Part shown: in pieces, positions 1 through 11,760 of the stretch
Numbering within the stretch: the first letter of the stretch is position 1
Layout: the number at the start of each line of letters is the position of its first letter
Made by a program: the position numbers and the translations under genes
Notes under the pieces: model-generated
Told to the model about the DNA's origin: nothing
What the model saw: only the letters and a program-made list of their open reading frames with translations
The model's database searches: none
Source of the DNA: Massalongia carnosa
Taxonomy: Eukaryota
Reading direction: 5' to 3'
DNA: 64,000 bases
NCBI GenBank assembly: GCA_965645245.1
Contig: OZ287080.1
Location: forward strand, 1,302,001-1,366,000

Positions 1-737
1 AAGGGGGAAGTTAGATACCCAGCAAAGAATAGATAACTATGATTGGGGTATTCATCTATCGAGAAGATAAAAGGCCCAATGAAAATTGATCATGGTAATT
101 TACAAATCCTACACGCACGTGCCACATATCTACCAAGCGTAGTAACGCTAGGGGTGCATCCACCGGGACGCTGTGGAGGGATAAACTGGGTGGTGGCGAT
201 CGATAGAAGGATGAAACAAACAAACAAATGAACGATCAAAAGAGTCTCACTGAATCGATGAATCGTCAGGTCTATAAATGACTGACTAGCTGTATGATTG
301 TATGTATGTATGATAGCCATATGTGTGTTGATAGTAGTATGTACGAAGTATAAAAAGATGTATGAAAAAATGAAAAGGGAAAAATGCAGCAGAAAACTCC
401 AACGCCAAGACGCAGCACGCGACCATTTGACAAGTCACCTGACTCATCACCTGACATTCCACCGACCTAGTGGAGTTCCACTCCACCCCTCCACAACGCC
501 AAAACCCTCAAACCTGGATCCAATGAGTGCCTGGAAACCAGATACTCAAAAACCGAACGCGGGAGTGGTCGCTTGTAACCCAAACTCCAGCAACCTGAAT
601 CTATTTCACCCAATGAAAAAGCCAGAACGCAACCCACCATGGTGCAAAACGCTCTTCCCCAAAAAACGCCAACAGATACCGTCCATTTATACCTCCAACT
701 GCCTCTAGATGCCATCAAATACATAAAACAATCGGTC

Positions 738-2699
738 TCATTCATCACCCTGTGGCGGAACAAGCTCCTGCAAAGCTAATAAAAGAACGTCAGCTGCAGG
801 CGTGAGCGACGTAGCATCCGCAGCTGTTGCATTGTAACTGTGTGGCCGGGGGGTTCTCTCCTGGCTTTCTGACAAGTTTTGAGTTTCGTTCATCAAAGTT
901 GTCCGCGACGAGACTGTCGCATCCCTGTTGGATGAATGTTGCGATGTGGGGTTCTCAACCTCGGGGTCGTGCATGTTTTCTCGACTTAGGGGTCTCTGAT
1001 TAGCATCATTTAGATTGGAAATCGGAAGGACGTGTCCGCTCCCAACCCCGGGCCTCGATGCCATGGCTCTGGTCTCTACGGTGGAATCCTGATGTTGGAG
1101 CGGGACATCAAAGGTTTGAGCAAGAATCCGCCCACCATATCGATGATTCAGCCCGAACATAGCTAATCCTGGACCTGGCGATGGCAGCCTCGTAATTAAA
1201 GAAATGGAGCTATTATTACTCCCCCAAGCGGTCGTATCTTGACTAAGCCGATTCGCATGTCTCCGGCTACTCTCCGTTCCTGAACTTGAGTAGTCGGCAA
1301 TCGATATCCTTCGGGTGGCATAGATCGGGGCAGAATTGATCGGGGCAGAATTCACATGAGTCCCAATCCCGACTATGTTCCGGAGAACCTGGGACGCATA
1401 ACTACCAACGCCTCTGCTATAACCAGTGCAGGGACCCTGGACAGGCGCATCTGGGACGTCACGGGTCAGTATAGAGGAAGGCACGTCATGGGCTTCGCTT
1501 GTTAGGTCTGAGTCTCCCGCATTGTTTCCGAGGCAGGCACATCCCGGACTACAATGGCAAAAAGGCCTTCTTTGTTTCAAAGTCGCCTCTCGTCGTCGCG
1601 CAGTTATTCGACTTTTCTTCAGCTGTGCACGTCTATCACTATCCACGTCCTCAAGGTCACGTGGATTTCCCGCCGCATTTGGTATCTCAATCTCATGCTC
1701 TGGAGCGTTACGGGTAAGGCTTTCTCCATGAGAACCATCCGGGGGCCGATTTAAGTCCGGTAGATCTGCAACAAATGCGGCGGGAGAAGGAGAGCCAGAA
1801 CTGATGCGAGGTAAACTTGGCGGCTCCTCCAAAGTATGGCAGGCGTCGACCATCACTTCAGGTGGGTTGGAGGGGCTCATTTGTTCCATGGCTGTAGGAG
1901 TTAGGTCCTCGGGCCGTGGGGACTCACAGGTGATCTGCTTATCCCGCGTAATCCTAATATGATACCCTAAAACCCTTAGACCTTTAGCCTTTCCTAGAAG
2001 CCTCTTTTTGCCACGACCGAAGAAGGTTCTAAATTGAAAACGGGCTCGAGGCTGAGGCTGCTCACGCTCTGTAGACTGGACCTGGGACAACGGTCGTTTG
2101 TATCTCAGGGATCTTGGAGGCGTCACCGATGTCTGATTTCGGTTATTATCTTGCCCTTGCAGGTTAGGCTCGGGGACTGGTAGATTTGACGTAGATCTGC
2201 TTCTCCCTGCCAGGGTATTGGCTTCTATAATAGAAGTTAACTCTGGGATCCTCGGAGAGCTGATGTTTAGGGTTGGTGGTGCATTGACGCAGGTTATCAG
2301 GGTCGTTGGTCGAAAGGTGTCACTGTTACGATTCAAGCGTACAGGGATCGATTCAATCGAGGCAAGAGTTGTCTGGGTGGAAGCTCTGCCAATCCCACCC
2401 ATTGGATGCGTACACTCGTCACATGCAACCCTTGTGTGAATTTTTGGGTCCGTGGATACGGTCCACCGCTTGTTTGTGTGGAGATGGTGGCATTTTGGAC
2501 AGCTGCCATGGTATGATAAGTCTATCGTTCTAACAGTGATTCCTTCGTCTGTTATTGTTGGTATGTCGACGTTTTCAGCATCCCACATAGGCGATTCGTG
2601 TTCTAGGTGACCATTGGGGAGGATGCCATTGGCGAGGTGAGTGGCGGTGGCCATCGATGATCTGATATCAAATGGATGTAGATTTTCACAGATAAGCAT
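738..2699 (-). CDS. Hypothetical protein (653 aa), N-terminal CxxC...CxxC putative zinc ribbon, otherwise S/P/R-rich and likely disordered
   Basis: Long uninterrupted ORF with CPKCHH...CDEC and a second Cys cluster CHCSPGCAC; the true start may be the downstream Met (MATAT). Confidence 0.75.
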   Translation of the reverse strand: MLICENLHPFDIRSSMATATHLANGILPNGHLEHESPMWDAENVDIPTITDEGITVRTIDLSYHGSCPKCHHLHTNKRWTVSTDPKIHTRVACDECTHPMGGIGRASTQTTLASIESIPVRLNRNSDTFRPTTLITCVNAPPTLNISSPRIPELTSIIEANTLAGRSRSTSNLPVPEPNLQGQDNNRNQTSVTPPRSLRYKRPLSQVQSTEREQPQPRARFQFRTFFGRGKKRLLGKAKGLRVLGYHIRITRDKQITCESPRPEDLTPTAMEQMSPSNPPEVMVDACHTLEEPPSLPRISSGSPSPAAFVADLPDLNRPPDGSHGESLTRNAPEHEIEIPNAAGNPRDLEDVDSDRRAQLKKSRITARRREATLKQRRPFCHCSPGCACLGNNAGDSDLTSEAHDVPSSILTRDVPDAPVQGPCTGYSRGVGSYASQVLRNIVGIGTHVNSAPINSAPIYATRRISIADYSSSGTESSRRHANRLSQDTTAWGSNNSSISLITRLPSPGPGLAMFGLNHRYGGRILAQTFDVPLQHQDSTVETRAMASRPGVGSGHVLPISNLNDANQRPLSRENMHDPEVENPTSQHSSNRDATVSSRTTLMNETQNLSESQERTPRPHSYNATAADATSLTPAADVLLLALQELVPPQGDE

Positions 2700-3743
2700 G
2701 AACAGTCGCAGCCAAGCAAGTTCAAGGAGTAAAGACTATGACCAAGCAAAACCGGAGGATCACCAGAACTGGTGGCAAAGCTTGTTTGGCCGTAGGAGAA
2801 TTAAATTTCCCTATCGGTAGGTCCGCGTGGAGAGATACTTAAAGAATGTAGGGTCAGCATCTACGAGGGGGCCTGGCCTTTCTATTCAGCTTGAAGAGCT
2901 TGCTTAGCCTCATAATGCTAACCAAGGACGGTTAGAGCTCTTTGACGAACAGGGGGGAAACCCCTAATAGCGGGTTACCCGCTGAGCAACCGACAAGCGA
3001 CCGCCTTTGCTGCTCGCCACGGTTAGCGACGCAAATTCCTATGGGTCGACCTCATTTCAAATACCACAGTAATTAAAGTATAAAATACAGAATATGTAAG
3101 GATGAAAAGCAAAAGTTGACTCTTGACTACAGTAAAGTACATTGATTCTCAGCCTAACAGGTATTCCGTTCCGAGTACTCTGTAATCCACGTCGGTTGTA
3201 TGGGTGAAAGATCCCTGTAGTTCAGTAGTCAGCCTCGCAAGCCAACGCCAAACGAGGCGCCTTTCCATACACCGCCATCATGATGTCACTATAAGGTTCG
3301 ATCCGGAAGAAAGTACCGCCTACAGTGCACTCTGTACAGTGGGATTAATCGTTACCAAGGTACATATCACTTTTAAGAGCCGCCATATCTCTTGGAGGTA
3401 CTGCCCTAGCATAGTACGTTGCTGGACAGTTCGCCTTACTTTACAGGGTTCAAGTACTGGTACTCAGTCCGAAGACTTATACTTATCATCTAAAGACCAC
3501 AACCAGTTATCCACACCCTTCCGAGGTGTTTTTGTTACGAAGTACGTACTGACTATTGCAAAAAGCACCCCACGAGGTTGACCGGGAAATTTGAGAACAC
3601 GTAAGCTTTGGCGGCGGCTCGAGGATCCTGACAGCACAAGCTGAATCGCTATGCATTCAGGAAGCAACAAATTCACGCAAAGGTAACACGTATTACTAGT
3701 TTAAACCTATTTCGAGGCCCTTTACCGCACCTTCATCGAGTCT

Positions 3744-4430
3744 CTAGAGACGACGTTGGCGGCGGAAATGCTCATCCACCAATTCATCCACCTCATCAGA
3801 CCCCATCAATGTTGAATCCGTCGAGAAGCTCGACTCCCTATCACTCCCATAGCCTATAGAGGAGCCATGTCCGGGTCGGGTTTCCCCTTGTCGAGTTCTT
3901 GCATGCTCGATTCTTCCCCAGCTAACCAGGAGATCTAAAAAATCGTTACCTGCATCGTCAGGGATGGTCATTCCATGCGCTGCTGCCCAATTCTGAATAA
4001 CCGCCGAACGAGCCAAATCAGAATGAGCTCGGCGTCCTTGCATTACCTCATGGACCATTAATCGTACAGCGTCCATTTCCGCCTGGTTCTGTTCTTGGGT
4101 TATTCCATCTCCACGTCCGTGCACCGCATGGCCATTGAGATATTGCACGCCCCCTGACGCGTCACTGAGCAAGTCCGATTCGGCGGATCCGATGTATGTT
4201 CCCGTTTCAGAATACAAAGAACTACTACGATCAGATTGGGATCCATAGCTAAAAAGATCAGCCTGATCAGTATTGGCTGCCAGAAAGAGGGAGGATGGAC
4301 CTTTTCTTTTTGCATACCGCGAACTACCTTCCTGTGTGGATCCAGAATATCCATAAACCGAATGTGAGCGCTGACAGTCGCGGGGAAAATCCCTTGGAAG
4401 CTGACAATCTCGGAGACATCCGCTGGGCAT
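3744..4430 (-). CDS. Hypothetical protein (228 aa), Ser-rich
   Basis: ATG-started single ORF with protein-like composition; no recognisable domain. Confidence 0.45.
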   Translation of the reverse strand: MPSGCLRDCQLPRDFPRDCQRSHSVYGYSGSTQEGSSRYAKRKGPSSLFLAANTDQADLFSYGSQSDRSSSLYSETGTYIGSAESDLLSDASGGVQYLNGHAVHGRGDGITQEQNQAEMDAVRLMVHEVMQGRRAHSDLARSAVIQNWAAAHGMTIPDDAGNDFLDLLVSWGRIEHARTRQGETRPGHGSSIGYGSDRESSFSTDSTLMGSDEVDELVDEHFRRQRRL

Positions 4431-6497
4431 TTTTTCTTTTTTCTGGTCTTTTTTCCATCAGCCTAAATAAGTCATTGGTATCACTACTATAGCCTTAAGC
4501 TTACTTGTTGAGCTGCCCGTATCTGGCTTAGTGCAAGCTGAGTTTCATTTTGTGCAGGTGGTTGTTTTATCAGATAGAAAGATTTTTGTAGGGAAAGAAG
4601 ATCTGGAGGTTTGATGGCTATTTTATACCAAGGCGTACCTATGCTGTCATGAATATTCGTATGCGTCAAGAAGCCATCATTTGCCATAAGAGAGTTAGTC
4701 AAGGGCCGGCAACGGATTCAAGTGAGTACCGCTTCTTTAGTATATCTGAGTAACATAATACGTCAGACAGCATCATAGCCCACAAACAAGGAAATATCAA
4801 TATACATATGGCATTTTCCCTACATTTATCCTATACGGTTGCAATATCCGATTGTGACTCTATCCAGCGAAGACTCAGAAGACATGACCTCTGGTTTTAA
4901 AGTCACATAGGAACTTTCATAATAGCAAAAATGAAAGAGACTTATCGTGAGCCTCCTTTTCAGAACGAAGTGCTTGACGAATCATTCACAACTAGCCATA
5001 ACCTCTTGAAATCAAAGAAGCAGCCTTCATGAGAGTAGCGCATCCGTCTCTAGTCATTCTAAAACCAAAACTCTCATCGATGTTACACTTATCCGAAACC
5101 CTCTCGCACTATTGCGCAACAATGATTTAGAATCAGAAAGGTCACTTAACGAAAAGGGATAATATGTTATATGTTGAGTAAATTCTGAGATGAAAATTAT
5201 ATTGAGAGTTAACTAGAGATCGTTTTCCTCTAGAAAGGGTGACGAGAAAAAAATGGAAGAACTAACTATTTAGATCAAGGATTAACAAACAAGGAACATG
5301 ATGCTCTTAAAGGAAAAAAATGATTGCTACTTCCTTCACTCCCTTCTTTTAAATCAAAATCCCCAAAATAAGCAAACAAGAAAACAAACAATACTTGCCG
5401 TATCAGATCCTCTCGAACCTGAATATCCCACTCGTAGACCCTTCACATTGTGGTTTCGACTCCTTCGATCTTCAAGCATTTGAAAAACAACTCTCAAATC
5501 TTCTCAAAACGACATTTCACCCTCCTCGCACAATCCCACAGCCCCCTAACCCTACCATCAAACCCCAAAACCATTCCTCCTCCCTCGTGTTTCCCCCCCG
5601 CGTGGGGATACTTCGAGGGGAGCAGGTAGTCATGTGGTTTCCAAGCACCGAAAGGAAGCGATGGGACTGAGGATTGAGGGAGAGAGATTGGGGAATATGT
5701 AAAGAGTGAAGGAAGGCATAGAGTGGTAGGGTGTGACGTGGCAAGGGAAATGGGAATTATAAGGAAGATGTGGCGATCGATCGATAGGTTTTGGGTGAGG
5801 AGGCGGAATAGATAGATAAGTAGTTAGATAAATAAATGGATAGATAAATAGAAAGAGAGGAGCCGAGTCGAGTCGAAAGAGAGAGTAAAATGGATAGATA
5901 ATAGGAGTGACTAACCGACCAACCAATCAACCAACCTAACCGCCCAAGCCGAGCCAAGCAAAGCAAAACCATTCGCATAAACCAAATACATCTACCGAAC
6001 AAAGACAAGCAGGCAGAGCAACACAGAGCAACACAGCAAATACCAGGTAGGTAGATAGTCAGTTAAACACACAAACTTTAATATCCAGGGGCCTGAAATT
6101 TGCATTCGTTTTGAGGGTCGCGAGGGTCGGGGTCTATCGAGATGGGGTTTAGAAGAGCTCGAGTGAGTTAGTTATGTTTTTGTGTGTATTTATGTATTTA
6201 TGAACAAGGAAGAAGACAAAAAAAGATTATTACAAAATCGTAAGGAAGAGTGCCCTCTTGATATTTCTGGATGCTGGAGAAGGGGAGGGGGAAGAAACTA
6301 GCTTTTGTGCTCGATATTTGCTCGCTATTGCGCTTTTTTCCGCTGAGGGATCCGTCTGCACTCACTCGCTCCTCTCCGTTTCGCCGCAGGGTTCCTTAAA
6401 CGCTGAGGAAGCCGCCCCTCATCTCCTATCACTACCCCTCGTACATATCACCACCCCCGGCCCCATTAAAAGCCCCTAGTGGAGCGAAGCAATCCTT

Positions 6498-7487
6498 TCA
6501 CCTACGCCTTAAACCGCGATTCAGCGCCAAATACAAATTCTTCGCCGGCCAGTTCCGCTTGCGCCACAACGTGATGACGTCCTTCTCGATGCGAATTTCC
6601 CGGAGCAGGGGCAAGCGCACCAACAGATCCTGCCACATTGGGGACTCCACGCTGGGGGCGATCTCACGCGCTAGAAACGCCACCACGGACCACGACTCCG
6701 GGACCAGCAGGGACGCCAGGTGGTGGAAGCGCAGCAGGTGCGGACGGATCCCGGGCATAATGTCGACACTGATGACGGTGAAGAAAAGCAGATAGTTAGG
6801 TCGTACGGGGGGAGGGGGGCCGTTGATGCCGAGCGTCTGGGTCGTTTCGGGGTCACCGCCCATGTCGAGGCAGAATTCGGCGAGGAAGGGGTTCACGCAA
6901 GTGCGCGGCAGGATGGCGTTGTATTCGGGGTCCTTGTGATCGAGCTGCGATAGGCCCTGAAGTGACTGGTCCCGAAGTGCGGTGAGCGGGATGCCGTACG
7001 CGGACGGCCCGTGCTCGAAGCGGAAACAGTGGTGGCCGTAGTAGACGGAGGCGACTTCCCAGCGTAGCTGGCGCGAGGTGTACATCAGGGCGCGATCCGA
7101 GGGGCCGATGGTTTCGTGGCGCCGGCCCGCGGAGGCGGCGCTGCGACGCTGCTTGCGCTTTTCCTCGGCTTCCTCGATGCGGATGACTTGCCAGCGCTTG
7201 TAGGAGCGCGCGGCGCGGTCACTGGAGAACTCTCGCGGGGCTGTTTCGACGTCGAGGAAGGCGATCCAGATGGGGTCTTCGCGCTCGTGAATGGTGATTA
7301 CGGGTTTGGGCACGGGGGGAGGGAAGAGGTGGGTGTAGATCGTGTTGCGGATCTCTGGGGGGAGCTCCAAGAAGGGAAAGGGGGCTTGGCTATAGGAATG
7401 GGAGGCACTGTTAGTGTAAGGTTGATAGGTGGGGGGGTTCGGATGGGTGAATATTGGTTATGAGGTTGCTTACTCGATCGTAGACAT
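6498..7487 (-). CDS. F-box-like domain protein, 2 exons
   Basis: ATG at 7487 plus intron 7473..7390 (GTAAGC...CTAAC...TAG) splices in frame to MSTIDQAPFPFLELPPEIRNTIYTHLF, a typical fungal F-box-like motif; LMYTSRQLRWE motif follows. Confidence 0.75.
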
Positions 7488-7976
7488 GATGAATCGCAAC
7501 GACTGGGATGTCTGGCTGCTGTAAATGAAAGTTCTGCTGATATGCTTGGCGCTCTGAAGTAGAGATAGAAGATACCGCAAGCAAGTGACTACCTGCCAAT
7601 CATCTGGAATACTTTGCATGAATGATGACGATGAATAAAAAGTTGCGATGAAGTTGAGAAAAGAGGCCTTTACATATTCTTCCATATTAACGCATCTTTT
7701 TCTAACATCCTTTTACGCGTCGTATCATCAACACAATCAGAAACGTACAACGTCAATTCTTTACTGTGAAATCTGCGATTTTCTATAACGTGCAAGCATG
7801 ACGATTTCAAAGATATGACAAGCATGAGTGCGTTCTTCGATGCGTTACGGGGTTTTTGTTCTTCTCTTTTAGATTGAACTGCCGCAGTGATAGTAACCAC
7901 CTAACTAGTAAGCAAGTCACATGACACCTTTAGATGTTTAGATAACAAAATACGCCTGTTTCATTCTCTCCCTCAA

Positions 7977-8044
7977 CACCTGGTCCTCGTAGCCTATTTA
8001 CAGCCGCTATGAGCTGGCTGTAAATAGGCTACGAGGACCAGGTG
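7977..8044. mobile_element. 68-bp hairpin mini-element (perfect 29-bp inverted repeat, 10-nt spacer, TCAA direct repeat flanks)
   Basis: CACCTGGTCCTCGTAGCCTATTTACAGCC and its exact reverse complement; TCAA at 7973-7976 and 8045-8048. Confidence 0.6.
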
Positions 8045-9364
8045 TCAATCATACTACTCTCATTGCATTTTCTTGGTTTCAGACTTTTGTGGACTACTCC
8101 AGTCACCGTTGGTATCTAGCTCTCTCAAATCTTTCCGTCACTGTTGATCCACCAATCATTGATCCAGCTTCCTACATTGGCACAAACTAGGCTTCTACCC
8201 GCAATTCCCACAGAATCATGATGATTCATCGAGGAACGCATCAGCATTCGACCAACCACCGCAATACTTGTCTCCAAACCCTTCAGTCTACTCCAATCTC
8301 CCGCATAGATCCTACACTTACAGGCTTATCGTTATGGTTAAATCAACAAATTTCCTTTTATGCAGTTTTGATTTTCATAAACCCCGACCTTAGTTGGATT
8401 TATGCTAGAAATTTTGAGGCTTTACGCTTTCGAAACGGTTGCTTATCTTCTCCTAGGCGGATTGTCATGACCGAAAGCTCGTTTTCCGCTGAGTATTTAA
8501 CCGATCCCGCACTATTCGGAGGCCAAGGGAAGAGCTCTCTTTTATATATAAACAAACATTCGTCATACACATCATAGTTGTTATTTCCTATATATCTTGT
8601 TAAGTAGGAGCAAGGTGCGTTACAAGATCGTGCCTTCAACTCTCGGTATTCCCCCATAATGCCTTCAGGAACTAGATTTTTCACCTCTATAGAGTCCATG
8701 ACTCCAGATAACGCATCTTCAGAGCCCCAAGGTTAGCTTGTTAGCGAATTCTACCTTTTCCGTCATCTATTAAGAGGCACAATACTACTTCACCTTCGCA
8801 TATTAAACCTGAGATTCTGGTGTCAGAGCATGACCATTTCCTTTATGGAAGGCTCAAAGGCGAAAGAAGAGCGGGGCTAAACAAGGAGATGCTACCAAAT
8901 ATTATCGATGTTACCGTCGTTGACAAGGGTTGGTCTTCGAACCCGAAAAGCTCCAAGGTACCGTACTGTCTATGAACGCTCCGAAGCGAATGCCGAGAAT
9001 CAGTCAAAAATAACCAAACCCTACTATTGTTAATCTACAGCCATCGACGCAGACATACTCGCTCTCTCTTCATCAATGGACATAAAGTAGACAACAAGAA
9101 CCCATTCCTGGTCAATGAGGCATTCAAGACGGCAGTGCCTAAAAATGTGCGTGTATCAATCATAATCACTACTGGCTGTGCTGGAGAGCGGTAGACAAAG
9201 CTACGTTACCCAAAACAGCAGCTAGACTAACTGCAGTTTGATAATAGCTAGGAGTCTCTATTTATCTTAGCTCGCAGATAGAGAAACTGTTTGGGAAGGA
9301 GTTGCGGAAGCAGTCACGGAAGCGCTGAATAAGATGGGCGTATATGAAGAAAAACGGGTCAGAG

Positions 9365-9740
9365 ATCGTTCCAATAGAAAGCTCCGTTATCAAGAGTAGG
9401 TCCTTTCAAAGTCCTAGAAAAGGTAGGTAAATTGGCGTATCGACTAGAGCTCCCTCCAAACAATGAAGATACAACCTGTGATATCGATAGCCCAGCTAGA
9501 ATCACACATAGGTCCGGACTCATACGAGAGGGTATCTGATCCGGAACCTCCGTCAGTGGATCAAGAGGATGAAATAGAAGATCTGGCCTATGAGATGGAG
9601 AAGTTGCAGAACGACTAGGGGAAAGGCCTAGTACTTCATAAAGTGGAAAGAGAATGGACATGAAAATAATGCATGGTATAAGGTGGAAGACTTGGAGGAC
9701 TGCAAGAAGTGGATAAGGAGAGAAACAAGACACGAGCTTG
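9365..9740 (+). mobile_element. Degenerate Ty3/Gypsy (chromovirus) relic: integrase C-terminus plus chromodomain
   Basis: With frameshifts it translates to NRKL..RVGPFKVLEKVGKLAYRLELPP..KIQPVISIAQLE and YEMEKL...YFIKWKENGHENNAWYKVEDL. No LTRs seen. Confidence 0.8.
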
Positions 9741-10225
9741 GTTTGAATCATAAGTTAGATGATGCTTGGGGAATAGAGTTGAAACATGTCCATATTCATC
9801 ATTATATACACCGGAATAATCTATAAACATGACCGTTGGGGCTTCTTGAAATGACATAAGTTTGCTTTTCGTGCTTACTCCAACTTATGCGATTGTTTTT
9901 CGTAGTTAATATACCCACCTATCTGATTTACTTACAACTCCAGAAGTCCGTGTATTACCTATCCGGGTTGGTCAATTAATGATCAAATCTAATAACTTAC
10001 TTATTTCGCTCAATTGTTACATTTGGACTCGGAGTGTAAAACAACGATTTGCGAGCATCTACACATCCAGTTTTATCTCTTTCAAAATGATGTATCAAGT
10101 ACATTTCGAAGGTTTATCATCATCATCGACGGATGAACTAATTCATCAGAGGTCTTAGGGACGCGCTAACCTGATCAAGAAAGAGACACGGCCTTCTGGG
10201 CCTCACGAGTAACTATATACATAGG

Positions 10226-11541
10226 CACGCCCTTGAAAAAAAAACTGGCAACGTGTAAGCGAGCTTACCCCACTAAATTTTACCCCTTTTTATCAACATT
10301 TCACCTTTACATTGCGATAACCAGTCAATTGAAAGCTATTTACATCAAATTAATGACCAGTCATGGACCCCTCAGCTGAGATGACGTCCTTTAGTCGTTG
10401 AGGCATTGATCGTAATCTCTCATTAATAAACTCCTGACTGACTGTCGCCCAGCCCTCACAAATCAATGCTTTTAAGCTCGCTTCGTCCCAATGAGGATAC
10501 TTTTTAATATGCTGCTTTGTGGGCTGCCAGCTGTTTTCAATAGGAGCCAAATCAGGTGAAGAAGAGCAGTTGAAATAATGCTCTAAACGATGATCCTCCT
10601 TCCATTTCTTGACTGCGTTTCTCGTCCTGCCTGTGCCATGCCCGGAATCACCATCTTCTTCGAGCACAAAATCATCCCCTCGCTCTAGCCACGGCTTGAC
10701 AACGGGCTCAAGTATTGAGTTAATGTATACTTGATGCGTCATCTTGCCATTGCTGTTGCCCGGCACTTCGTAGAATATAATATCCGACTTGAAGTTGTAG
10801 CCTACAGCCGCCCAACAATGCAGTCTCTTTCGATCGTTCTCCGCTGGCGCATCACGATGTTGTATACAATCCCATCTATAGCGTGTGCCTGGCTGACGTA
10901 TGATGCGTAATTTGCCCTCGGGCCCGTAGGAGAAATGAACTTCGTCACTAAATCGTACTCGATACCAATCTTCTGGTTTAGGATATTTGGCCAGCATTAT
11001 ATGAGCGTATTCCACCCGTTTTTGCATAGGAGGGTCGGCCAGCCATCCTTTGACGCAGGCTAGACATTTCTCGTAATTCAATGCAGCACGTAGCACGTTA
11101 TGCATTGTACGACCCACAACATCTGCTCCAACTTCCATCGCAACTTTTTCCAATGTCAAGCGTTTTCCTTCGAGTTGTAGCTCATCTTCCTGAAGCAGCC
11201 GATCAGCCTCTCGTACTTGCTCGCCTGTGATTTTTGATCGTCTTCCTCGCGTTTCTATAAGCTCTGTATGATGACGAGTACGTGTCGAAGCTCCTTTGCG
11301 AATAATTCTGTAGCCAGCTCGTTCCGAAACGCCATACTTCTTGAAAAGATTTCGTGGATCATGTACGATGCCTTCATCAAGAAGATATTCATGAATTCCT
11401 TGAAGTTTAGCTCGAATGGGAGTATCGTAGTGAGTTGCACGTTGCTTACGAGGCATGTTGGTGTGGATGGTTGATGAGAAGGGGGGAATTTTAATGGGGT
11501 AAAGTCGCCTACACGTTGCCAGTTCTTTTTTCAGGGGCGTG
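10226..11541 (-). mobile_element. IS630/Tc1/mariner DNA transposon with ~50-bp imperfect TIRs
   Basis: TIR CACGCCCYTGAAAAAARAACTGGCAACGTGTARGCGA..TTACCCC at both ends, enclosing an intact transposase. Confidence 0.9.
10350..11456 (-). CDS. Tc1-like DDE transposase (368 aa), intact, DD38E spacing
   Basis: Motifs FSDEVHF, EEDGDSGH and SPDLAPIEN; start MPRKQR at 11456 lies inside the TIRs. Confidence 0.9.
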   Translation of the reverse strand: MPRKQRATHYDTPIRAKLQGIHEYLLDEGIVHDPRNLFKKYGVSERAGYRIIRKGASTRTRHHTELIETRGRRSKITGEQVREADRLLQEDELQLEGKRLTLEKVAMEVGADVVGRTMHNVLRAALNYEKCLACVKGWLADPPMQKRVEYAHIMLAKYPKPEDWYRVRFSDEVHFSYGPEGKLRIIRQPGTRYRWDCIQHRDAPAENDRKRLHCWAAVGYNFKSDIIFYEVPGNSNGKMTHQVYINSILEPVVKPWLERGDDFVLEEDGDSGHGTGRTRNAVKKWKEDHRLEHYFNCSSSPDLAPIENSWQPTKQHIKKYPHWDEASLKALICEGWATVSQEFINERLRSMPQRLKDVISAEGSMTGH

Positions 11542-11760
11542 ATAGTATGTTGATGATGCAAAGACTTTGCTAAAGCGTGCCGACCCGCGAGCTATGCGTT
11601 AACGATGTTCGTCAGAAAACAATATAGGTATATCGAAACCTTTACAGAACAAACCTCCTTTGGCTGCGAGATAGAGTAGTAAGGAAATTGTCGTTTTCTC
11701 ATGAGTAGCATGTCATGCAAGACTCCTGAAATCCAACGCCTTTCATGTCTTATCGTTTCA

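Noticed and set aside
11457..11561. N-terminal extension of the 403-aa transposase ORF
   Set aside because: The upstream Met lies outside the TIR; the real start is 11456.
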